The position numbers and the translations under genes are program-made. Source: Catajapyx aquilonaris (Eukaryota). Taken from it: a stretch of 64,000 nt of DNA. The notes under the pieces are model-generated. The model saw only the letters and a list, made by a program, of their open reading frames with translations, ran no database searches and was not told the origin of the DNA. The stretch lies in NCBI GenBank assembly GCA_000934665.2, contig JYFJ02001715.1, positions 1-64,000 on the forward strand. Direction: 5' to 3'. Shown here one piece after another: positions 50,301-61,999 of the stretch (position 1 is the first letter of the stretch; each line of letters opens with the position of its first letter).

Positions 50301-53239
50301 TCATCTGTTGCTATAAAAATGGTTGGATTGTTCATTTAAAAATCATGTGGTTGATGGTACGATAATACTGGAGCAACCAGCCTGCCAAGCCTGGTATTAA
50401 TTGCTGCAAGAATATGTACCTAACAATTGGACCCAGATTGAATTATTTTTAATTAAAATTTTTTCCAATAATTCATCAGCAAATAAGCTAAAATATTATT
50501 TTGCTGTTTCAATTTTTATGCCTGAAATATTTTGTTTATTAAAATTTTTTCAATATTTCATGAGCAAATCTTGCAACTGCCCAGGGACATTAGGGACACT
50601 ATATGAAATAATTTATTTAAAAATATTAACAATAGTTACATATATTGAATGTAAATATTTTAAATATTTTTCTAATAACTTATTTTGCTATTGGATTCCA
50701 ATTTTTATTATTGGAACTGAATTTGCCATCATTTGGAACTAATTATATCGCAATTATTTTTATTTTCAGCACTCCATGACCGCCCACAGTGTGACGGATC
50801 GTGACACTCGAATTGAAACAATTTCCCCGCCACAACAATCAATTACACCTCCTAACCCAGCCCCGGATTCTCTTCCCCTCAGGACCTGTCCCAATGTCAG
50901 GCAACTGATCGATGCTACCAGTCTGGCCAGGAAAATGGTTTGGGGGAAACCCTGAGTTCCAATAAAGTAAGTCTAGGATACCCCCTAGACTATTCGTCCT
51001 CCGGATTCTCCGCCTGTTGTTACCCCCCCCNCCCCCGCCTCCCAAAAAAAAGGTGAAACGACCCTAAGAAAACTATTCCAAAAGAAATAGCTCTTTTTTT
51101 GGTACTGGCACAAAAGATAGATCAAGCTCGCTCTTGTAAAGCCCTGTGATGGATGTGAGGAAGGCTCTTCATTGGCAACAATGGCCTGGAAGTGAAACAC
51201 TACCAAAAGATGCATCGCGTACCCATTATTTTTAAATGGTCCAGCCAACAATGCGGACAATGTCCTGAACCTCCCAATATAAGGAGAGGCTGTCTCAAAG
51301 TGTTTTATATTAAGGGGGCATAAAACGAACGATTATCGTTGAGAAGGCGCTGCATATCTAACTTTACGTCAGGACCATTTTATTGGAGAGACCTATCCAT
51401 CAATCAGGAGCAACAAAAACCTTCGCGCATATTTGCCTCACCCTGTTGCTATCTTACAGGGGGAGGGACAACGACCAGTTTAAATTAATATTATTGCAAG
51501 TACAGTACTGCCCATTGCAATGTAAGCAACAATATTAGTTTTGAAACAGTTGATTATTTTGAAGGCACATACTGGACAGAAACTCCCACACATTGTATTA
51601 CATTACTGTAATACAATGTGTGCATTTTCTGTCCATTTTGTGCCTTAAATATAATACTGCTAATATCAAGGGTAATAATTATTATCAAGGGTAATATCAA
51701 GGGTAATATCAAGGGTAATATCAAAGGGTAATATCAAGGGTAATAATTATCAAAGGTAATATCAAGGGTAATAATTATCAAAGGTAATATCTAAGGGTAA
51801 TATCAAGGGTAATAACAAGAGTACCACTTCAGTACTCCAGTGTACACCCAGTACCAGAGTGCCAGAGTACAGTGGCACTCCCAGGTACTCCTTGGTACGG
51901 ATTCGTGATACATATATTTGAAATTCCATTTGTAGTTTCTACTACCGGTATATTGCTTCTTTCTACGACTAGCACCCGGAAGCCTCCAAATAAAACTCAT
52001 TGGTTCTGGGCCAATGACCTTGGCATTGTTTTCTGACGTGTTCAAATGCCAAGAATTTTTCTCTTCTTTTAACCCCCCCATATCACATGTCGATCCACAA
52101 TATTAATTTCTTTAGCACGCAAATAGCTCGCGAAAAAGATTCGCCAATTTGTTCATGGCCAACCTGTCCCATTGACCTTCATGCGTACCTTGCTTGTGGG
52201 GGGGACTGCACATTTGGAATACTGCATGACAATTTGCTGATACGAATGTGCATTCTTGAACGGGTCGTGCTAATAATAGAGTGCGATAACTCAACAAGGA
52301 GAGCAGGCTCGAAAAACGAATAGAGAACGCAAAAATGGGACACACTACAACACTGCAAAAATAATATCTGAGATATATTCATCATATTTTGTTCGCAACA
52401 ATTAATACGTGCGGTATTCGTTAGGTGTTTTTATGCACTTTTACTATGCCGACTTTTTTTTTGCCGGATTACCCGAAGGCCACGAAAATACAACTCCGTC
52501 CCATTCACAAAATCCGGTCGTAAAACCGAAGCTACGTGCGCCAACTGAGGGGGGAGGGGGGGAAAAATTTCCCGCTAAAACCACGTGGCCGCCACGTGGT
52601 CAGCCAACGCGGGAAAATTCAAAACATCGTGCTCGAAAGTAGGAAGTAAGAAACGACATTTAAAAATTCAAAACAGGTTATTCTCATAAATCTACATAAT
52701 TCTTCACCGAATCAGTCATAATTCACCTACAAATCATTCGCAACGTATTCGTAAATATGCACGAATCCGCACTAAATTTGTTTCAAAAATCATCTTAAAT
52801 CCTACATCAAGTCGACATAAATCCTCACTCAGCACAAATCATTCGCAAATCAGCTACAAATCCTCAATAAATCATTCACGAACGATGTGAATAAGAGCTA
52901 CATAAATCTTCAATATATCCGTACAAATATTTTTCAGAAATTATTTTCAAATCTGCACACTGAATCGTCTGGAAATTCCTTACGGATCTTACAGTGAATC
53001 CGCTACCAAATCCTCAGTGAATCTTTTCAAAATCATCTTAAATCCTCCATCAAATCTACATCAAATTTTCAACAATTCGTTCACAAATTCTGTTCACAAA
53101 ATCTTCAATAAATCTTTCACAAATCAATCCTTAAATCATTCATTAAATCCACATAAGTCATGTTTACGTTACCTTTGGCCTCCGGAACCCCCAGGAGCAC
53201 GAGCACTACGAGTACGAGCCTGCTACGACCTTGCAACAT
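31503..53239 (-). CDS. Fs: Follistatin (signal peptide + N-terminal TB-like domain + 3 follistatin EGF/Kazal domains), 341 aa
   Basis: Exons 53239-53173, 39142-38954, 35612-35397, 35159-34899, 32309-32058, 31543-31503, all joined by phase-1 introns (1026 nt). G-x-C-W mature N-terminus, ECC...AWS N-domain, three CGxDG/CGTNN-x-(T/S)Y Kazal repeats. Confidence 0.93.
31670..31890. mobile_element. MITE-like foldback in the last follistatin intron
   Basis: attacattatt / aataatgtaat and ctagttgattttgt / acaaaatcaactag inverted pairs; two gtgacgtcac palindromes inside. Confidence 0.7.
32058..32309 (-). CDS. Fs: Follistatin exon 5: FS3 domain
   Basis: SATCSEVGSRCRPKQTCL...PLCGTNNITYASWCHMLQDACATG...GSCKGD G|gtgagt. 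Confidence 0.93.
33650..34830. repeat. Degenerate AGCT-rich ~85-bp satellite
   Basis: Repeated agctaaattaatgctagc...gtcgaataagcta...gaagcagctgcttattgttgacaa. Confidence 0.8.
34899..35159 (-). CDS. Fs: Follistatin exon 4: FS2 domain
   Basis: TCDNIACPANKQCLIDQNLTPHCVKC...VCGVDGRTYPSYCHLREAACHKGKAIPVAYKGPCQ|gtaagt. Confidence 0.94.
35317..35391. repeat. (ATT)25 microsatellite
   Basis: Perfect trinucleotide run, 5 nt from the follistatin FS1 exon boundary. Confidence 0.97.
35397..35612 (-). CDS. Fs: Follistatin exon 3: FS1 domain
   Basis: [29 protein letters not shown]...PVCGTDGRSY...YNGHCQ. Confidence 0.94.
35800..36365. repeat. TACGTA-rich minisatellite (~30-bp unit)
   Basis: acatttacgtcttttacgtgctcttacgta units. 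Confidence 0.85.
37660..37938 (-). mobile_element. tRNA-derived SINE
   Basis: A box tggtctagtgg, B box ggttcaaatcc (37886-37876), body, A-rich 3' end. Confidence 0.75.
38044..38579. mobile_element. Tc1/pogo-like MITE with TA ends
   Basis: tacagttgactcc...ggagtcaaccgta with gttataac-type subterminal repeats; related fragments at ~2985-3120 and ~59750-59820. Confidence 0.7.
38657..38853. mobile_element. Small TIR element
   Basis: gtaggga...ccgcttcggcgctggtgtag / ctacaccagcgccgaagcgg...tccctac; another left end at ~37965-38005. Confidence 0.7.
38954..39142 (-). CDS. Fs: Follistatin exon 2: N-terminal domain
   Basis: GYCWSGIAKTGSCTTLLKVKVAREECCASGDVYTAWS...GGVPCKPCK. Confidence 0.94.
40070..40235. 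repeat. 21-bp minisatellite
   Basis: acaatgtgaataaaattattt about 7 times. Confidence 0.9.
43661..43840. repeat. Inverted repeat, ~58-bp arms
   Basis: tgaaattttccgatatgatcg...cattcgattaatgaaatt / aatttcattaatcgaatg...cgatcatatcggaaaatttca. Confidence 0.85.
47140..47615. repeat. TTCG/T-rich degenerate array
   Basis: ttgttcgtttg..gtcgtttgcgttcgttat units; similar block at 49140-49690. Confidence 0.8.
48365..48524. mobile_element. Hairpin core of a MITE-like element
   Basis: tacagcgcatgcgccag...ctgaacgctcagg / cctgagcgttcag...ctggcgcatgcgctgta. Confidence 0.75.
49140..49690. repeat. TTCG/T-rich degenerate array
   Basis: atttgttcgtttc units with an internal ~180-bp duplication. Confidence 0.75.
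51660..51812. repeat. 12-bp minisatellite
   Basis: atcaagggtaat units. Confidence 0.9.
53173..53239 (-). CDS. Fs: Follistatin exon 1: signal peptide
   Basis: MLQGRSRLVLVVLVLLGVPEAK G|gtaacg; phase 1 joins GA GGA TAT TGT TGG (GGYCW) across a 14-kb intron. Confidence 0.8.
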
Positions 53240-53979
53240 CCCGACGACAGCCTGAAGCACCCCAGCAGTTCAGCCTTTAGGTGCGCGCACCCACGAGGGT
53301 GCGCTGTATGACACATGTCATGCGGGTCATATTTCTTGTCCTTCCTTCTTATATTTTGTTGTCTCTCTATGAGTGTGATGACTTCTTGGGGGGATGTTGT
53401 TGGGTGGGGTGTGCTCTCGCTGGGTGGCTTTGGGAAGCTCTGAGCCGACTTGTGTGAGGTGTGCTCCGGTCATAGCATCTCCCCTCCTCCTCCTTCCACC
53501 TCCCTCTCTCCCTCTGTGGGTCACATGACCAGCGGAGGCGGCGCATGACTGCCTCTCCCTCCTCTCCATCCAGCAGCCTCCCACCTTCTTCTTCTTCTTC
53601 TTGCCTCTTTTTCCTCTCAACACTCATCAACTCCAACTTACTAACCTCCTCTGGTTGTTTTCTTCTTCTTTACATGGGCCCCACCTTCGTCGTGTGGGTT
53701 GCCAGCAGGTTAGGATAAAAGATTGGTGAAATATAATATTTTAAGCGGCTATAACTGTTGCTGGTAAAAATTTAAGCAGCTACATCTGTAGCTGGTAATT
53801 TTCAAGCAGCTCTATCTGTAACTGGTAACATTTATGCAGCTATACATGTAGCTGGTAATTTTAAGCAGCTTTACCTATAGATAGTAACATTTTAAGCGGC
53901 TGTAACTGTAGCTGACGATATTTTAAGCAGCTATAACTGTAGCAGGCATCATTGTTAGCACCTACTGTATACATGTAGT

Positions 53980-54211
53980 TTTTTATAATTGATATTGAAG
54001 GAGGTTGGCCCAGCATTGCCTTTCAACCTCCAAGGATAGGGAAGGAAGGAAGCGGCTGTGGCCTATTATACGGAAGCGACGCCGGAATTATCATAGAAAG
54101 ACCGTGGAAAACCACAGAAAACCACGGTCAAGGTTGCCGGCCCCGGGATTCGAACCCAGGACCTCTCGATTAGCAGTCGGACGCCTTATCAACTATGCCA
54201 ACCTGCTTCGG
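53980..54211 (-). mobile_element. tRNA-derived SINE with stem-loop 3' tail
   Basis: tggcatagttg A box, gggttcgaatcc B box, ggttttctgtggttttcc core. Confidence 0.8.
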
Positions 54212-54222
54212 TTGTATACATG

Positions 54223-54620
54223 TACTATGGAGCTCAAATTATTTTGGCCACTTTATCCTGGTCTTGAAGCAATCCTATATTTATACCCCATTAGGAGAAT
54301 CGGCGCTCCATTAGGGGGGTGGAGTACCACCATTGGATGGGGACAACGATAGGGAAGGAAGGAAGCGGCTGTGGCCTAATATACGGAAGCGACTCCGGAA
54401 TTATCCTGGGGGGACCGTGGAAAACCACAGAAAACCACGGTCAGGGTTGCCGGCCCCGGGATTCGATCGAACCCAGGACCTTCCGAATAGCAGTCGGGCT
54501 CCTTCACCACCACACCAACTTGCTTCGGTGTCACCTGCTCACCTGCTCACCGTGGGGCCTGTGTGAAGGGTTGCTTCAAGACCAGGATAAAGTGGCCAAA
54601 ACAATTTGAGCCCCATAGTA
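54223..54620. mobile_element. TIR element (53-bp TIRs, TA ends) carrying a second SINE copy at ~54348-54529
   Basis: tactatggagctcaaatt.ttttggccactttatcctggtcttgaagcaa / ttgcttcaagaccaggataaagtggccaaaa.aatttgagccccatagta. Confidence 0.8.
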
Positions 54621-57225
54621 CCGGGTAAAATTTTATCAGTTATAACTGTAGATCGTAAAGGTTTAAGCAGCTATAACCGTAGCTGATAATTTTTAAGCAG
54701 CTAAGTAGCTGGTCATATTTTTTTGCAGCTGTAGCAGTTGCAGCAACTGTAGATGGCATAATTTTAAGTACTATACATGCAGATAGTAAAATTTTAAGCG
54801 GCTGTAACTGAAGATGGTATATATTTTAAACAGTTATAACTGCAGCTGGCAATTTTAAGCAGATATGACCGTAGCTGGTAATATTTTAAGCAGCTATACC
54901 TGCATATTATAGTAAAATTTTCAGTCACAACTGTAGATGGTAAATTGAAGCAGCTATACTTGTAGGTGGACGAATTTTAAGCAGCTATCACTGTAGCATG
55001 TAACTGATAATAAATTGCGATCTAAAATACATATGTTATAATGTATAATATTATAATATGTAATGGTTTAAAAAAATCAGCTACATAAAAATATATTAAA
55101 CTAAACACTAAAATAAAATTAGCGTACATTAACTGAACTAAATATAGGACTAAAATGAAACACAATAAATCATAAAATATTTTTATGGCGACATCATTCC
55201 CAATCTACAAACCAGCTAATTAGCAGCGCTTCTAATTATTTTAATAGCTACTAAAAGAGCAGCTATGCTCATATTTCTGTCTACCCCCCCTCCCCCCACA
55301 CTACCCTAAATCACAACACCTACAATTGACTAATCGCACACGTGCAAAAAGGTTGTTATTGAAAGGTTGGAATGCAGCCTTGCAACTCAAGTTCATTGCT
55401 GCCACTCTTACGCAGAAGGGGGGCGGCCATTTTTTTTTTTTTTTGCTCGATCAGTTACGCCTTTTTTCCTCCTGAATGAAGTGCGTGGGTTTTTAAGCAT
55501 ATTGAGTTCGCAAATGGGGGTGTTTTTTTATGGCCTCGCAAAATTCATTGCGCTGTCAGTCTTTGGGGGATAAAACCGGTAGTTGAGATTATTCCTTCAA
55601 GGAGGTGCGGCCATAGTGTGGGACGCGTCCGATAATATCGAGGATGAAAACATGTGGTCAAAAGTTAGAATATTTCTATGGAGAAAGCATTTTTGAACCA
55701 AATTGGCAAATCACGCTATTATAGACTTGTTTCTCATTGAAGGAAAGTCAAATTGAACAACAATGTTCCGATTTCTAAGGAACCCAACGATCACCAGCCT
55801 GATAGTGAACCAGGAAACCGGAAGTTGACCATGAAACCTACTTATGGTCTGCTGAATCCGAATCCGAAAACAGTTTGTCGCTATCTCTTCCAGTTTAGCC
55901 TCTGATGCATGTCCACAGACAGACAGACGACTCTCTAAAAGTCGTTTTTCAATGAAAATTTTCTAAAAATTACATACATGGCAGTTTCTTCCTCCGTAAT
56001 AAGTGTCCATTGAACATAATATTCGAAGATAATATTATATGCAGCTTAAATCGCCACCTAAAAAAATTCAGATCTATAGCCACCCTGTACCACCATACAT
56101 TCCCAAAGTGTTAACGTCTCACTGTACAATGAAAATTTCCCAGAACTTTTACAGCTCATAAAAAAATTTTATGGCCTGACACACAATCGGTCCAAGCTTC
56201 TTATCAGTTAACAAATATGTAAAAAAAAAACAACACTTCTAGTCATACATCGCAAAAAAACAAAAAATCTCCAAAAATCCCGGAAGAATCATCAAAAAAA
56301 AATTGGCACGCTTGGAATTCTCTATTTTTATCTATTTACGATCCACTTTATTTACCTAAACTTTGTGGGGTCCCAAAAAAACACAATAACACACCCCCCT
56401 GGAAATAGTCCGCTCATAAAATACCCTAGCCTAGTCCTTGTGCCAACTATTATTCCCTGGCATACCGCCCTATGACCCCCCCCAAAAATATCAGAAATCA
56501 ATCAGTAGAAGTTTCCACGAATCCATTTAAATTTTCCAAAAAAATATATATTCCGAAATTTCTAGGAACTGTTCATATCTATTGTAGGGAAGTTCAAAAA
56601 GCCTTATGACAGGTACAAGGACCGGTACCGACCTATGACCCCCTCCCCCCCCTCTCAAAAAAATTCGGCGAAAAATATCAGAAATCAATTGGAGCAGTTT
56701 CCGCAAATTTATAAATCGATTGTTTCAAAAAAAAATATATTCCCAAATTTCTAGGAATCTGGTCATATCTATTGGAGGGAAGTTCAAAAGCCTTACTGTA
56801 CAGTATGGCAGGTACAAGGACCAGTATTGGAACCGGGTGATCCATCATAAAATTTTCCTTTGCCGTCTCGCTCTTGCCGCCGGCGGAAACCGTCTAGACA
56901 CCGAATAAAATCCAAACCCCACCATCATCCAGCCCCCACCCACCGGTAACACCAATCTCTCTAATGTCTTCAGGAGGAAGTTTTCCCTCTCTACCGGAAG
57001 AAGGAAATTGTCACCTATAGAGCTTTAAATCGATACTCAAGAACGAAGGAATCGGAAGGAACAAAGTTTTCGCAAAAACATTTTGAGTCACCCTATCACC
57101 CCCCCATGTCACACACTGTTACTGGGTCAGAACCCCCTCCTTCCATCAATATATCTTCTCGTCCAACTACCCATATCAGCATGTCACAAACTGGCATTAT
57201 GGACAGAAATATTGTTTTCTTTCGG

Positions 57226-57481
57226 GCACAGTCCGGATATAGTAGACATTTTACGGGCACACTTCGGATATAGTAGACCACAGTCCCACGCCAGATGATC
57301 CCTGACGTTAAACGACTTAACGTCAATTTCACGTCAAACTCTCGTCTCAACGATACACTTCTTGAGGTGAAATTGACGTTATAAGTCGTTAAAATAACGT
57401 CAGGGATCATCTGTCATGGAACTCTGGTCTACAATATCCGAAGTGTGCCCATACAAGGTCTACTATATCCGGACTGTGTCC
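57226..57481. mobile_element. MITE-like hairpin, ~110-bp arms
   Basis: cacagtccggatatagtagac...cagatgatccctgacgtta / taacgtcagggatcatctg...gtctactatatccggactgtg. Confidence 0.85.
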
Positions 57482-57554
57482 GTAAAAAGAAAGCCAATAC
57501 TACTATGGACACCCCTCTCAAAATTGTAGGCCTAGGACTCGAGGTGAATGTGCG

Positions 57555-58560
57555 ATATATCGATCGATATTTATCATATGGCACAATATTATTGATGTGC
57601 TCAAAATGGATGAATATATCGCTATGACAATATTTCAGATATTCATTTCAATCTGCAATATTTCGATATATCACTCCAATATCGACATGTCGATTTCGCA
57701 TGATATCGATTTTTCATATCGCGACAATTGATATACATTTTAATGTACGACTGATATATCGCATTAATATCGATATTTCGATGTCACGTCAATTTGTCAT
57801 ATATCGCAAAAACGATACATTTCAAATGTAGAACACATCATACTAATGTCGATATTTCGATATAGTACATCACACTAATATCGATATGTCGATACAGCAT
57901 ATCACAATAATAGTGATATGTCGATACAGCATATCACAATAATAGTGATATGTCGATACAGCATATCACGCTAATATCGATATGTCGATACAGCATATCA
58001 CAATAATATCGATATGTCGATGTCGCATCATATCAGTTTTTCATTGCGACAATCGATATTCATTTTAAATGTACAATTGATACATCGCATTAATATCGAC
58101 ACTTCCGATGTCACTTCAATTTTTCATATCGCACAATCGATACATATTAAGTGTAGAGTATGAATCCCATTAATATCTATATTTCGTTATGCTCCACATG
58201 ACATCAATAATTTAATGCTGTACTGTACAATCATATATTTTAAGTGCAGAGACCTATATCGCGTTTACGATTTTTAATATTGGCTACGATTTGCAATAAT
58301 TCTTTTTTACCACACATACTATCGATATTTCGATGTTGAAAATGACACTTTCATATCGCACAATCGATATATTTTAAATGTAGAAACAGATGCGTCTGAT
58401 TTTCGATGACTATGTCGATGAGATTTCCATCTTCGATATTTCGATATGTCTGATATCGTTTTGTCATATTGGACAATCATATTATATTTTTAATGTAGAA
58501 CAGTATATCGCGTTACGATTTTTGATATTTTGCTACCATCTGCAACATTTCGATTGATTG
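57555..58560. repeat. ATCGAT-rich degenerate array with a 32-bp tandem core; related array at 59285-59505
   Basis: gatatgtcgatacagcatatcacaataatatc units. Confidence 0.85.
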
Positions 58561-61289
58561 TGTTTATAAACATGGCGTACTCTATGGACTCAAGGACTTC
58601 TCAACGTAACATATCACGGTCCGTCACATCGATATCGTACATGACAAGCAAGGTAGTGTCCTACTACAATCAGGCTCATGGCTCAAATTTGGTGGAATAA
58701 AACGAACAAAGGAGCTGTGACGTACGTGACGGACCGTGACGTACGACTCAAAATTCGATGAAAACTCGCCAGATGTCAGACGTCACCAGCTGCTCCATCA
58801 AAGTGTCTAAAAACTGTAATCAGTCAGTGCCACGTAGATACAAGGCTTTATAAATGGATCTTGCCAGATCATACCTGTACAGTGCAAATTCCGTCAGATT
58901 GAAGGCATTAAATCTTGGCTCAAAAAGTTTTATAACCTGAGCCTCCAACTATGCAGCTGCAACTTTCCACCCAAATCATACTGTATACTGACAGTTTTCC
59001 ATCTAACATTGTGCATTACAGTACCTCCCGTGCATTACACTCCAGGATTGATGCCTCTTCTGTCGTACAGTGCATGCGATAAGCCAAGGGTCTGTAACCC
59101 CCCACACTCTGTACAAAGAGCTTTATAGGAACACCAGGTACATTGATAAAGAATGTTTCTGACATATATGGTTCTCTCTATGATGTGTATAATAGTATAA
59201 TTATACAGGTTTATGACTGAATGAAAATATAAATAATATACTGTATAATGATTGCAATATAATATAAATATATATAGTAAGTTATATCACAGTAATATCG
59301 ATATGTGGATATAGTATATCACATTAATATCGATATGTCGATAGAGCATATCGCAAGAATATCGATATGTGGATATAGTATATCGCATTAATATCGATAT
59401 GTCGATAGAGCATATCGCAATAATATCGATATGTGGATATAGTATATCACATTAATATCGATATGTCGATAGAGCATATCGCAATAATTTCGATATGTGG
59501 ATATACTATATAAATATATAATAAATATAATAATAGCATGAAAATATAAATACTACATGGTTGCATTCAAATATGTAAAATATTAAAATCGTAGTTGTCG
59601 TGTTTGGCCCCGTCCTGCGCATGCGCAATGAGGAGGAAATCTTCAGTTGTTTGCTGACTGACGGCGAGTCAACATCGCGGATCGTCTCTCCCGTCACCTC
59701 AACACTACCGGGCTAGAAAAATGGGAGTTTTTTTTTTTTTCTTTTCTAGTACAGTTGATCCGAATATAACAGCCTCTGCTGTACCAAACTTTTGGCTGTA
59801 ACAGACTCGAAAGGCCGGTCCCGACAATGAAAGTGAGGTGACGGTGGGTGACGGTGAGGAAAGGGCGTGACGTATTTATGTACCCATCCCTTATAAATAG
59901 CTGGTTGTTAACCCTCGAAAACAGACAGTTATATTATGATGGCGGTTGTTGCAAATGTGATGTTTCGTCAAGGTCCTACAATGATTAGTCAAGTGTCGCC
60001 AGCAGGTGACACGTCAAAGGGAAGCAAAAAACAATTCGCAATTTACGAGCCGAGGTATTAGTAAGTGCCAAGAGGTGTCGCGTTTTCAATCAGTGAGCAT
60101 CTGGCTTGCTTTTGAACCAGAGTTGTCATCGTCGGTTGAGCCATTTCCGGTGGCGAATTTTTTCGGCCTGGTTTTAATTCGCCAAAAAATGTGCAATTCA
60201 AAATTGCGCCATTGTCTCGATGTGATTGAAAAACAAGGGCTCATTTCCGCATCATTTTCGTACACGTCGCTTATAGTACACGCTATAATACATCGCAATT
60301 TTTTTATTGCAAAGTGTGCCAAAATTTATCCTAATTTTGCGCAGGTAAATAACTGATCACATGATCCACGTCCAAGTGGGGGTTCACACTAGCTGACGGT
60401 GGCATACGAAACGAACGAAACGGTACCGAGGACGAATCGGAGCCCACTTGCGAATGACGGTTGGTGACGGGAATTACGAAACGAATCAACTTTTTACGGC
60501 AGTCCGGTCCGTTGATTTCGTATCCACCAATGGGGCAGCAGGAAAGCCGGCCGGGGTGGTGGCGGGCTAGTGGGGGATGCCGCCGACAGCGCCTCTGGCG
60601 GAGGCAGACGAAGGACCCCGCAGCTTTCCTCCCTCTCCCATTAGTGGAAACGGAAGGAAAGGTCGGTAGCCACGTCAATTCAGAAAAAGTGGTGGCTCGA
60701 CCAACTCCGATTTTCTTGAAAATTTTCATATGGGTATACATGGGGGAGACATTTCAAAATCCGAAGTTTAAACCCCGTAGGACAATATGGAACCGAGATA
60801 TGACCGATTCAAAAATGGCAACTTTTGAGTTGCAGAGTACTGAAATTCCTTTTTTATCTCCATAAGTAACCGTCTCCATCTAACCAATATATATATTTTC
60901 TGGGAGGTAATGAACCGCAGAATCCAGGGAAATAATTCATTTACATATATCCACAAAGTACCGGACACTTTATAATTGATATTAAGGAGGTTGGCCCAGC
61001 ATTGCCTTTCAACCTCCAAAGTACCAGACACTGAAAAATTTATCTATAAATCTGCACTTTCAACCTCATTTGTCTGAACTCATTACGTCACTCTGGTGAG
61101 TCGGAACTGTACTAAATTTGGTCATCTTGCCGAGTACCTGTCTGTAGAGCTGAGATTAAAATTGGAAATGCTATAGTCCAAGTCCTTCACAGGGAAATAA
61201 ATTTCTCAAATCCGGATTTTTCTCGAATTTGCGATTTTCGACCCCAAATTTCGGCATGTGGGCATGAGGGCAGGGTGACGGAGTGGGGA

Positions 61290-61503
61290 TGTGCAAGGTC
61301 CAAGTTGCAACATCTCAAACGGTACAGTTTGTGGACTCCCCCGGGTGGTTCGTCTGTCGGAAATCCCGCCCTAGACGAAGCCGGAGATGACCCCGAACTC
61401 CGCACGAGATGGAAGGGGGGAAAGCCCGGGCTTGGGATCGAACCCGAGACCCTTCCATCCGTGGGCGCGTATGTTACCGCAGCACCACTCCACCTGGGCC
61501 CCC
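61290..61503 (-). mobile_element. Degenerate tRNA-derived SINE
   Basis: gggttcgatccc B box at ~61446-61434, preceded by a GC-rich tRNA-like head. Confidence 0.55.
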
Positions 61504-61999
61504 AAGTTGCCATGATAAACCTGAACCGACAAACAGACACTGATCAGTTCACACAAATGATGAAAACTGGTGGGTGCAATCTTTAAAGTACCTTTTTATT
61601 GACTCAAATGAAGAAAATTATAATAATGTGGAACCATGCAAGGTACATTTGCAAAATGTTCCGACACGGTAAAACAGTCAAAAAACTTAACAGCTGCTTA
61701 TTGTTACGGATATTGTTTTGTTTCTTGTCCCCACAACGAATCCTGTACTGTACGGAGACGAAAAAAAAAAAGTATGACACTAATTTGCATATTTGGCTGT
61801 TTTTTAACAAAAACTTGTCATGGAATTCATATCATCTGTGCAAAGGAAATGCAATCGTAATGTTGTACTTGCATTGTGGTGAACTCCCCCTCATAAGGAA
61901 AATTACAATTGGACTCAACTGGCTTGTCAAAAAATTAATATTTATATGTATAATATTTTATGCTCAGGTCCACTAGCTTTTATTTTAACGACCTGTTCA

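Larger units (their letters stand above)
53740..55005. repeat. ~33-bp degenerate satellite interrupted by SINE and MITE insertions
   Basis: tttaagcagctataactgtagctggtaa units at 53740-53970 and 54620-55005. Confidence 0.8.

Noticed and set aside
56790..56850. Alternative follistatin signal-peptide exon on - (MMDHPVPILVLVPAILY A|gtaagg)
   Set aside because: It overlaps a local ~200-bp duplication and would put Arg at the -1 cleavage position; the exon at 53239-53173 fits much better.
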